Assembly: GCA_030390025.1 (NCBI GenBank)
Contig: CM059432.1
Coordinates: 18,726,001 to 18,790,000, forward strand
DNA: 64,000 nucleotides
Source of the DNA: Squalus acanthias
Taxonomy: Eukaryota
Direction: 5' to 3'
Numbering within the stretch: the first letter of the stretch is position 1; each line of letters begins with the position of its first letter. Made by a program: the position numbers and the translations under genes. This document shows positions 48,516-59,810 of this stretch, one piece after another. Below the pieces are notes generated by a model. It worked only from the letters and a program-made list of their open reading frames with translations. It did no database searches and was not told the DNA's origin.

Positions 48516-49049
48516 ATGTGAGCCTTTGTAGGTGATGAGTGGTATCAATGTACGGCCCCGAATATGGATACAAACACATTTTCTGGAAACTCAACCAGTA
48601 TTTTGGAACACTGTGAGCCAGGAATTTCCTTGGAGCTGCCCCCAATCCACCGTCATAACTAAGTGTGGGGGAAATCCCAATTACACAAGGAAACGGGGTT
48701 TCAGCTGCACTTCTGGCAAAGCTACAGTGGCGGAGCAGGAGCAGCTCCAAGGAAAACCCACCAATATTTAAAGATACAGTAACTGACACATAAAAGACTT
48801 GATCAAGCAAATTTACATCAGTGTGCAAGCTGAAAGGGATATACACAAGAGGACAATTCTTAGTGAAAGACAAGCCATATTCAGGAACCCAGTTCAATGA
48901 ATATCTAGATTGTGATAAATCATCTTGCTTTCCATGAATTGCATGGAAAAGTGGCAGAAGGGGTTAAAGAGGATCTTATAATTTGAGAAGGAATTCAAAT
49001 TGCAAGGAAAAGTATTGCTTAGCCAACTTGTATGCATGTTACTTACCTC

Positions 49050-49416
49050 TAAATGCCCCTCCCTATCTCTGTAATCGCCTCCAGCCCTACAACCCCCCCA
49101 AAGATCTCTGCGCTCCACCAATTCTGGCCTCCTGAGCACCCCGATTTCGATCGCTCCACCATCGGCAGCCGTGCCTTCAGCTGCCGAGGCCCTGAGCTCT
49201 GGAATTCCCTGCCTAAACCTCTTCGGCTCGCCACCTCTCTTTCCTCCTTTAAGACGCTCCTTAAAACCTACCTCTTTGACCAAGCATTTGGTCCATCTGC
49301 CCTAATATCTCCTTATGTGGCTCGGCGTCAAATTTTGTTTGATAACTCTCCTGCGAAGCGCCTTGAGATGTTTTACTACATTAAAGGCGCTATATAAATG
49401 CAAGTTGTTGTTGTTG
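49050..49416 (+). mobile_element. L2 LINE 3' end
   Basis: GSRAFS...LWNSLP...SSFKTLLKTYLF; tail GGCGCTATATAAATGCAAG(TTG)n. Confidence 0.88.
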
Positions 49417-51579
49417 TAAATTGCAGCTAATGTCAAGTGAAACCAAATCACTCAGTCTAAATTAGCTTTTACAGATTTTGCCAGCAATTTTGAGTAGGTT
49501 AATACAGGGAGGTTAAAAAAAAGATGAAAATCAAATAGAAAATGCAAAATTGTGCAACACAAAACACTAAGTAAATATGAAACACCATTACCTCATAGGT
49601 TAGTTTGCAAGGGAGGATTAACTCTGAATGAAATACCACTTAGCTTGCACCCAATACCAAGAAACAACATCATTTTCAGCAAATAGGCCATTATGTTCTT
49701 GTTGGTTCTATTCGGTTCTGTAGATTAGTTTTGGGGGTCAGTTCTTCCAGATCTATCATGTTCTGTTGATTTTGATATGCTAACTATTTCTATTAGTATT
49801 ACAGATTTAGTCTTAGCTCTGCCAATTATTTTTTTGTCAGTGCATTCTTGCAGGTGCATCTAGTTCAGTAAATTAGTTCTGTTGATGACTCCTTATCTGG
49901 TTCTGCAGTCTCACCCATTTTGAGGATCATTATAACATTACCATCGTGAAATGGCTTCCAAAATGATTTTCTGGAATGTGACTGGCATTTCATTCTAAAC
50001 TGCCTGGTGTTCCATCACATTGACTTGTAGTTCATTCATAGCTCCTAGGTGAATTGTATCGTGCAACATTGGGTACTTTGTGGAATTTTTCCTTACTTTA
50101 TGAATTTGATGCGTTTTTGCTGTTTTTATTTTTGTTGCAACATGTGCTTTGTCGTTTCTGGTCAAGGAGGAAGACCTGTATTTATTTATTTTTTCAGTCC
50201 TGAAGGGGTCAAGGTGCACAGCACTGATGTTCAAAAGGGTAAGAAAGGAAACAAGATAAAACAAAAAGTATTAGTTAGGTGCTAGCAAGCTTTGGTTTCT
50301 AAAAGTCTGTTGATTGTAGGAGGAAGAGAAAATCGTAGTCAAGGAATGCAACAATAATTAGATAAAAATAAAATCTTAACTTTTTTTAAATTAAAATGTA
50401 CTTGGGTTTGTTTTTGCATTTTGTAGAAAAGTTGCTGCATGATTAGAACAATACCAATTTATAAATATTCAAATCCCTCCTCTCGACTGCGTCTAGAATA
50501 TTGATATATTATCTTCCTTGAGAAATGTCAGATGCCGTGAGCAAAACACTTAGGATTCCCCGGCCAAAGATTGCCTTTTAGAAGTTCAAGACATTAACCT
50601 GCTGTGGGTTTGACTCCGAGCCATCAGTTAATCCTGGCCAACTCCCTAATTAATTCACATGTCTCCCTTTATATGAAGTAGAATTGAATCTGAATGCAAT
50701 GTGCTCAGCCCTGGCGTTGCTGATATGGATCCCAGTGCTGCAGTAATTGCGCACTCGGCTAATAAAATGGTGAGTGAACGATAAAAATATATAAACTGTT
50801 TTGAGCTGGATTCCCTGCCCTCCAGTATCCCCAAAACAGCTGTCTGACAGGATATCAAGCAGTAATACCAAATATTTCATCTGATTTAGCAAAGACTTCC
50901 AACCAGAGTTTACAGATAACTGCTCAAGCCCACACCTGCCATACATGCAAATTCTCATCTGTTACACATTTTTCAGTATACATCGTTACAACATAGGAAT
51001 AGCTAGATGAAAAAAGACCAACGTCCATCTAGTTTACCTTCTACCATTCTGGTTGTTGGTCAGAGATTTTGCTTAACTTAGTTACATAGAGGATGATCAC
51101 CACTTTCAATGAGTGATTAACAACTGAATTCAATTTCCAGGAAGGGTGATTGAGGACAAGATACTATCCTCTTTTAAGGAACAACTTGATGCTGCAACAA
51201 GGAGGAGTAGTAGTTGGTATTCTGATGAGATTAAATGGGGCGAACGGACCTCTTCCAAACCTGTCCTGTGATTTTGTGACTGAAAGTTAGGTATATTTGA
51301 TAAAAATGTTACTTTGATACCTAGAAATGAAGCTGTAGTTGCAAGTTGTTCGAGAACAATTTTTAGAGCTAGTTTCTGCCATCTCTCTATGCTATCATCT
51401 GTCCTTCACTATCTATGTAAAATGAAGGCTGAAGTCATTTGCATAGGCCATGTGGCTTATTTCAGCTATTAAAGGGGGATTGTCTTCATGAAGAACAGTT
51501 AGTGAAACACTTGGAGAGTCAGAAGGGTCAGGATCGTGGGCCAGATTCAGTGCAATCGGTTGGTGATGCAAGCATGTCT

Positions 51580-52082
51580 TTCAACCCGGTGGGGGCATAA
51601 AACAGGCAATATCGGATCAGATCGGCTGCCTGTAAAACACCCCGCCTGATTTCCCTTTACCTTGAAGGGACTGCTGCAGGCCACCACCAAAATGTTAAGC
51701 GTTTAAAAAAATACTTACTTGAATGTGAAGCCGCGAGGAGTGCTCCTCCCGACAGCACATTAAATCCGCATGGACCGCTGCCGACAACTGCTTTCCCCCC
51801 CACCCCCCACCGGCCCCGATCCTGGTCTCTGCCCTCACTCCCGACCCGCTCGTGCCCCTTCTTAGTCACTCACCACACCCCCCCACTTCCTGATCTGCCT
51901 TAACCACTTACCTGACGGCCACTGCTGGCGTCACAGCTATCTGATCTTCGAATGGCCGGTGTGATTTAAATGAGGCCTGAGGCCCAATATCAGGTGTGCT
52001 CGGGCCTACTCATCCAGGTGCCAGAATCGATCACTGCACCACAATCGCGCTGGCAGGCGCGTGCAAACAAATTTCTACCCCC
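51580..52082. mobile_element. Degenerate Harbinger-like MITE
   Basis: Right end AATTTCTACCCC; left part resembles 36340-36392. Confidence 0.5.
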
Positions 52083-52952
52083 TGATCTATGATGCGGAAG
52101 TGCGCGCGAAGCTTTCTTGACTTACGCAACCACCAACCCGCTACCCCTGCTGTTTTTTGTTTTAGCAATTCAAGAAAATTATGAATTACTTCTACAATAA
52201 AGCAACCACTCCAGCAATGATATGTTTGATTCAGACTACAGAGCCGTCACAAAACTGCGCAATACAGCCCCTAAACATACATTTACAGCGATTCTTCAAA
52301 ATGAAGGAAGCAGTTACACTTACCCATGAGGGACATAACTAGGATGAGTATCAGAAAACCAGTTAAAAAAAAAAATGCTTGTGCTACATTACCCAACTAC
52401 CTTCTATCAAATATTTTATTGCAATTGTACTATTCTACAAATAATTATACTTAAAAGAACATCTCGCTACGTGGTATCTCCATTAGTGGAAGGTGTAGCT
52501 TATGGCCTGATCTCTTTCTCTTGTTGTAATGCGTGTTGAATTGTTTTTATTCAATCCTCCTTGGCAATTAAGCTGATTATCAGAAACACTGAAATAGATA
52601 ATCTTGCAATACAAATTTTTCATTTCCTTCCCCCTCATTCATAATTAATGAGAACAATCTGCCGTGGAAGTCTCTTAATTAAGTTTGTTTAAGATGTTCA
52701 TTATATAATTGAGCTGAACCAGTAATGGACACACACAAGTACACGTTCCAGTGTACCACGTTTTGAAAATCGAGGCTCTGTTTAGTGGCGATGATGTTAA
52801 CACTGAGGCAAATACCAAAATTAAGTGCTTTTGAATCTAAGCTGAAAAGGTACTTTCCACCTCAATGCTTTGAGTTTAACATCTAGTAGTGTTTTTGTAC
52901 CTTTAAAGCCATTATCATGATACTTCAATCAATGCTTCCCATTATACTCTAT

Positions 52953-53503
52953 GGGGGCCTAACTTAACATCGCTTCGTCCTTTCTTCGGGTGCAAAATGG
53001 GTCCACGACCTACCAATTTTTGTCGCCGGTCACTCGCGACCAAAATGCACAGGAAGTGCGTCGGTCGTCATATTGGTTAGGGCGAACCTTAGCTGTCCCG
53101 GTTGCCTCTGAAACAAGTTTAGGTCCATTGCCTATGGAAATCGAGGGCCTAACAGCCCATTTCAGGCCCCTTTGCTAAAGTGGATCGCGTCTGAGCGGGG
53201 CCTCCAACATGGCATTGGAGAACCGGGGTGCCCTGCCTGGACCTCTTCCAGCCATCTGCCTGAATCAGACCATATTGTCTGCAGTCAGAGTGCACCTCCC
53301 CTTTAAGAGGTGCTTGCTGTCTTTCAGTGGTGTCAGAGATGCCCGATTTCTTTCCGCACCCCCCCCCCACTCCCACCAACAAACAGGCAGCAGCCAGCGA
53401 ATGGCCTGGGTAGCACTGGCTGCACATTTGAATTATTTTAATCAGGTCCTAGCATGAATTTAACGTTCTACCTAGCCAGCCCCGATGATCAAATTTCTGG
53501 GCC
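52953..53503. mobile_element. Degenerate Harbinger-like MITE
   Basis: GGGGGCC.AA.TT ... AATTTCTGGGCC; CCCCTTTAAG motif shared with the Harbinger copies; no TSD match. Confidence 0.4.
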
Positions 53504-53708
53504 ACAGTTTCCAAAAAGGGTTATCAGGCAGCAAAGGGCTGCAAGAAGGTTAAAAAGATGGGAGACTGTAGAGAGAGGAGGCTGTGCCCTGGGCTGCAGA
53601 ACAGAATGCAGAGGAGTCAAGTAAAATGACCCACCGATGTGGGAAAGTAATGCATGCCCTTTATGTTGCGTCAATATGTGGATATATGTACAACCGGTTG
53701 AACTGATA

Positions 53709-54574
53709 GGGCTGGATTTTACCAGCCCTGAGGAGGTGGGTCTGGAGGTGGGACTGCTGGGAAAATCAAAAAGAATGGGAGCGGGTTCCGAACCCGCTCC
53801 CAACCTGCCTCCAAGCAATCTTTCCGGGAGTCGGGTCCCCAATTTATGCAGGGTCCCGACTCCTAGACGCGGGAAGAGGATTACAGTCACGTAACTGCCT
53901 GTTAACAGGTAGTTAACAGGCAGTTAAGAGGCTTTTTCCCATTTTGAGACTTCTGCTGCGGGCTTCCCGACGTTGGGAAACCCCGCCAGGGTAAGTGAGG
54001 TGTGATGTGGGTCTGTTGTAATGTTTGTGTATAGATGACAGCTGCAGAAGTGGTGTGAAGGATGCAGTGAGACACTGGTGAGTATCAGAGGTAAGGAAAT
54101 GTTGGGAAAGTCATTTTTAATGTGTTTAGATTTTTCTGTAGGTGACAAGCTTTGAAGTGTTTGTGTGGCCTCACCTTATTGGGAGAAGTGACAGATTGCT
54201 TCTGTACCCTCACCTGCAGCTGCCATCTGTTTTGTCCTAAGGAGAAAGTCATTGGAGAGCCTGGGAGCAAGGGCTCACCTTTGTACAGTGATTGTCTGTG
54301 TTTGACAGCACCCCAATGCTGTCAAACACTGTCAAATCATCTGTCAAAAATAAATGCTTCATGTCCCTTTTAAGAAAACCGGCAGATGAAGCGTCATCAA
54401 CTGACGTCATGTGACACTGGCTTTCTTAATTGGCCAGCAAGCCTGCAGGGCGGGCTTAACAAGGCCAATCAGGGGAAAATAGTGTCTGTGCGTCGGACGT
54501 CACTGGGGGCGGGACTAGAACCCGGAAGGCAGCAGTCCCACCCCCAACTCATCTCGGCAGGTAAAATTCAGCCC
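53709..54574. mobile_element. Harbinger MITE (866 bp); TSD ATA
   Basis: TIRs GGGCTGGATTTTACC / GGTAAAATTCAGCCC. Confidence 0.88.
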
Positions 54575-55889
54575 ATAGACTCTGATAACTGTTGCTCTGT
54601 GCGCTTTCATATTACTGTGAAATAAAGATGCTTAATGATTCAAAGCAACCTCCATCTCATGTAAGGTCTGCCTTCAGAGAGATTGGAGAAATATATGTGC
54701 GAAAGAGATGGAGATTGGTCCAGATCTGAAGGGACGTCATTGTTGTACCCCCCATCGGTCCTGAAAATAGATATGGGGCGAGTGTGAGTCACTGGCCATT
54801 AAAAGGAAGACTCTTAAACCACTTAGGGAGAGACTGACACCATTGAACCCGAGGAGGTAGCTACAGCAAACCTGAATTTGTAAAAGTAGCCTTTGTTGGG
54901 TTCTGATGAGGCTGATATGTTAACCTGTCTGTTTCTAGGTGTTGATGGACCTGAATTTCAAGCATTTGTGATTGTCTTTCACACAGCCAGACCTGCACCT
55001 TATTATTTTCACTCTCCGGAAAAATTCCCAAGTTTATACTTGGCCTATTGTAACACCTGTCCATGTTTGATGCCAATAATAAAATACCACTCTAATCCCA
55101 GGCTTTACCTTCGCTTTAGACGCTACCAGGAGATAAGTGGATCAAGACTAGAAAATCAAAGGCTTGCTATGTGTCTTTGTGATAAATGAGACTTGACTCT
55201 TTATGCGAACATCATGCTCGTCAAGCTGGAAGTCTATGGCAAGGGATTTAATTGATTATATTTAGCTATCAAAAGAAGCTGTAGAAAACACACTGACTGT
55301 GAATAACTGCAACCTGAACAAAGGGAAAATGCAACTGTATGAGCTGCTTATGAAGAACTCTCTTGGAAAAGAGTATTGGTTGTTCAGTTCTTTACTGTTT
55401 CAGGGTAAACTTTGTGAGGCTTTAATCTCTGATGATTTTAATCTCCATGAAATCAGCAGCCTTGAGAATCAGGCTTGCTGACTAATTATTCGATTTATAT
55501 CAAGCGGGCTTCTGCATCAGGAGTGCACCTTTACAAAAATTGCTCCCATATTCAGATAGTTTCTTTTCTTCAATTTTGTGCTCTTCTCTCCCCTCCCTTC
55601 CTCTTCTGAAGCTGTTGATTGCTCTGCTGGGGTGCTGTTTTCCGGGCAGTGGTCAGTTTCTGGTACCTTGTCAAAGTGACTATTTTTCATGAAGCTTGAA
55701 GGTCAGTGTCGGCAGACTATTGGACTAAGAAGGCCAAGAGATCAAGGCTATTCTCTACAGCCATGGCTGAGGAAACCTGTGCCTTTTCCAAGGACCCCAG
55801 CTTATCAGCACTACAATGAGGTTCATGTATTATAGAGTACACCGTAGGCATGTCGACCCCTCAGCTACTGGAAGCAGTCTGCTTTCTAA

Positions 55890-56470
55890 CTGACCTGTAC
55901 CATCCTTTCATAATTTTAAACACTTCTGTTATGTCTCCCCATAATCTGCATTGTTCAAATGAAAAACAAGATGATTTTCAATTCTTTCAGTGCATTTGTA
56001 TTTCCTCATATCAGGCAGTACCTTTGTGAATTTGCATTTCACGCTCTCTAAAGCCTCAATATTCTTCCTATGTGTCGAGCTCAATACTGCACATAGCACT
56101 CTAACTGAGATCTTATAAAGATTTTATATAGGCTCAACATTACCTCTTGGCTTTTATATTCTATATCTCTGTGATAAAACTTAGAATCCATTAACTTTTT
56201 TTAGTGGACTCATGAACCTGTAAATCTATATACTGTAGCTCCAAATCCCTGCTTTTCCACAGCACTCAGTCTACTTCATTTTAAGGTTAACCCCCCCTTG
56301 TTCTGGACTCCCCCACCAGAGGAAATAGTTTCTCTCTATCTACTCTATCAACTTCTTTGATCATCTTAAACACCTCAATTAGATCACCCCTAAATCTTCT
56401 TTATTCAAGGGAATACAAGCCTAGTCTATGCAACCTGGCCTCATAATTTAACCCTTTGAGCCCCAGTATG
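55890..56470 (-). mobile_element. Two old CR1 RT fragments
   Basis: Degenerate LGLYSLE.RRFRGDLIEVFK-type sequence on the minus strand. Confidence 0.65.
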
Positions 56471-56527
56471 CCAATGAAATCAATACGTAACACTATAAAA
56501 GTAACGGTAACAACAGCTAAGGTTGTG

Positions 56528-56690
56528 CACTCAAGCACCACTCCAGAAACCTGAGTACAATAATCTAGGCTGACACTTTAATGCTGTACTGAGGGAATGC
56601 TGCACTGTCAGAGGTAAGGTTTTCCAGATGCCCTCTCTGCTGAACATAAAAGATCCAATGGCACTATTTGAAGAAGAGTAGATGAGTAGT
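56528..56690 (+). mobile_element. DeuSINE fragment
   Basis: CTGAGTACAATAATCTAGGCTGACAC...TACTGAGGGAATGCTGCACTGTCAGAGG. Confidence 0.7.
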
Positions 56691-57433
56691 CATAGAATCA
56701 TAGAAATTTACAGCACAGAAGGAGGCCATTCATAGAATCATAGAAATTTACGGCACAGAAGGAGGCCATTCGGCCCATCGTGTCTGTGCCGGTTGAAAAA
56801 GAGCTATCCGGCCTAATTCCACTTTCCAGCTCTTGGTCCGTAGCCTTGTAGGTTACGAAACTTCAAGTGCATATCCAAGTACTTTTTAAATGAGATGAGG
56901 GTTTCTGCCTCTACCACCCTTTCAGGCAGTGCGGTCCAGACCCCCACCACCCTCTGGGTGAAAAAAGTTCTCCTCATCTCCCTTCTAATCCTTCGACCAA
57001 TTACTTTAAATCTATGTTATGCAGAGAGGCCAATCTAAGTTATAAGTCCCATCCACTCTATCTAGGACCCTCATAATTTTGTACATCTCAATTAGGTCTC
57101 CCCTCAGCCTCCTCTGTTCCAAAGAAAACAATCCCATCCTATCCAATCTTTCCTCATAGCTACAATTCTTCAGTCCTGGCAACATCCAAGTAAATCTCCT
57201 CTGTACCCTCTCTAGTGCACTCACATCCTCCCTGTAATGTGACCAGAACTGCACGCAGTACTCTAAGCTGTGGCTTAACTAATGTTTTATACAGTTCAAG
57301 CATTACCTCCTTGCGCTTATATTCTATGCCTCTGCTAATAAAGGAAAGTATCACATATTTCTTCTTAACCACCTTAACTACCTGTCCTGCTACCTTCAGG
57401 GATCTGTGGACATACATTCCAATGTCCCTCTGT
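56691..57433 (-). mobile_element. CR1 3' fragment with tandemly duplicated last 40 bp
   Basis: ORFs 57012 and 57160; repeat units 56691-56730 and 56731-56770. Confidence 0.85.
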
Positions 57434-58065
57434 TGGAATCATAGAACCATAGAATGGTTACAGCACAGAAGGAGGCCATTCAGTCCGTCAAGCCCGTGCC
57501 AGCTCACTGCAAGAGCACTTCAGCTAGTCCCACTTGCTCGTCCTTTCCCCATAGCCCTGCAATTTTCTTTTCCTTCAGGTACTTATCCAATTCCTTTTTG
57601 AAAGCCATGATTGAGTCTGCCTCCACCACCCTTTCAGGCAGTGCATTCCAGATCCTAACCACTCGCTGTGTAAAAAGGTTTTTGCTCATGTCGCCTTTGG
57701 TTCTTTTGCCAATCACCTTAAATCTGTATCCTCTGGTTCTCGACCCTTCTGTCAATGGGAACAGTTTCTCTCTATCTACTCTGTCTAGACCCCTCATGAT
57801 TTTGAACACCTCTATCAAATCTCCTCTCAACCTTCTCTGCTCCAAGGAGAACAACCCCAGCTTCTCTAGTCTATCCACGTAACTGGTACAATTCTCGTAA
57901 ATCTTTTCTGCACCCTCTCTAAGGCCTTCACATCCTTCCCAAAGTGCAGTGCCCAGAATTGGACACAATACTCCAGTTGAGGCCGAACCAGTGTTTTATA
58001 AAGATTCATCATAACTTCCTTGCTTTTGTACTCTATGCCTCGATTTATGAAGCCCCAGATTCCAT

Positions 58066-58945
58066 GGGGGAGAAATTTGGTTGGTTTGCGCCTCCCGTTA
58101 GCGCCTTAAGAGGGCGCTAATGGGGCGCAAAGCAACTAGTGCCCGGGTGCAGTGATGTTTGCACCGCTCACGAAATTGACCAGACATTTTGCGACGGCGC
58201 TAAACACTACCGCCACGATCTCCTGCGCGCGCAGATCGTGACGTCAGTCGAGCGTGCAGCGCCCCGGACCAGATATTGAGTGGTGGCTCCTGCCTTACCG
58301 CCTGCCGCTAGCAACGACAGGTTGAGGGGAGCGTTTTGCAGTTGGGAAGGGACTGGGGGAGCGCTATTTAAAGGTGACCGGTTCCTGCCTTTTTTTTCGG
58401 CGACATTTTTGCACCACGCATTCTGAGTGAGAGAGAGAGACTTCTGGAGATATTCAACACTGTGTTGAGGAGTTTTGGGTACTGAGCAGCACTTTGCACG
58501 TTCATTTTGATTTGATCTTCCTTGCATCAATTTAGAAGAGACTATGGGGGCTGCACTCTGACATCTTTCCCTGGGTCTCTCCATTGTTCTTTCCAGCAGA
58601 TTTGATGTACAGGTCTCTCCAGGCCGAGATTCAAGGCTGCAATGAGCAAGGTGTGGATGGAGAGCAAGGTCGACCCTCCCCTTTAAGAACTGGCCGGCGC
58701 CAGTGTGTCTGTGTTCCATTGCTGACTGACATCACATGAGCTTCGCCAGCACTCTGAGATAGCGCCTCGCTCCTCGGTGTTAGCGCCTTAAGAGAGGTGT
58801 GTAGTGCCTAATTTAGCACTCCAATCACCTCCAGGGGCGATAGAAGCCAAGTTTGCAGTCGGAGGCGATAATTAGCGGCAGGCGCTAAATTTTGCGCCCG
58901 GCCGATAATTGCGCCCCAAACGGGGCGATACCGAATTTCTCCCCC
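58066..58945. mobile_element. 880-bp internal-deletion derivative of the two-gene Harbinger family; TSD CAT
   Basis: Perfect TIR GGGGGAGAAATT/AATTTCTCCCCC; arms colinear with both ends of copies 1 and 2. Confidence 0.92.
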
Positions 58946-59264
58946 CATATGTTTGTTTAACCGCTTTCTCAACCTGCCCTATCACCTTCAACGATTTGTG
59001 CACATGTACCCCCAGGTCTCTTTATTTATGCACCCCTTTAGAATTGTATCCTTTAGTTTATATTGCCTCTCCTCATTCTTCTGACCAAAATGTATCACTT
59101 CGCACTTTTCTGCATTAAATTTCATCTGCCACGTGTCCGCCCATTCCACCAGCCTGTCTACATCTTCTTGAAGTGAATCACTATCCTCCTCACTGTTCAC
59201 TATACTTTCAAGTTTTGTGTCATCAGCAAATTTTGGAATTGTGCCCTGTACACCGAAGTCCAAA

Positions 59265-59772
59265 TGTTGTAGTGGTAGGGGATAGTATCATTAGGGGGAT
59301 AGATAGGGTTCTTTGCAGCCAAGAGCGAGAGTCCCGAAGGCTGTGTTGCCTGCCCGGTGCCAGGGTTAAGGACGTCTCCTCTGGGCTGGAGAGAAACTTG
59401 GAGTGGGAGGGGGAGGATCCAGTTGTCGTGGTCCATGTTGGTACCAATGACATAGATAGGACAAGGAAAGAGGTTCTGCTGAGGGAGTTTGAGCAGCTAG
59501 GGGCCAAATTAAAAAGCAGAACCTCGAGGGTAATAATCTCTGGATTACTACCTGAGCCACGAGCAAATTTGGCTAGGGTAAATAAAATCAGGGAGTTGAA
59601 TGCGTGGCTCAAAGACTGGTGTGGGAAAAATGGGTTTTGTTTCTTGGGACACTGGCACCAGTACTGGGGCAGGAGAGAGCTGTTCCGTTGGGACGGACTT
59701 CACTTGGCCAGTGCTGGGACTAGTGTCCTGGCGAATCGAATAACTAGGGCTGTGGAGAGGGCTTTAAACTAA
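59265..59772 (+). pseudogene. CR1 ORF1 C-terminal SGNH esterase domain (5' truncated, open frame)
   Basis: VVGDSII, HVGTND, DGLHL. Confidence 0.9.
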
Positions 59773-59810
59773 TTAGTGGGGGGGAGGTTTCAAGAGAGCA
59801 AAAAATAAAA

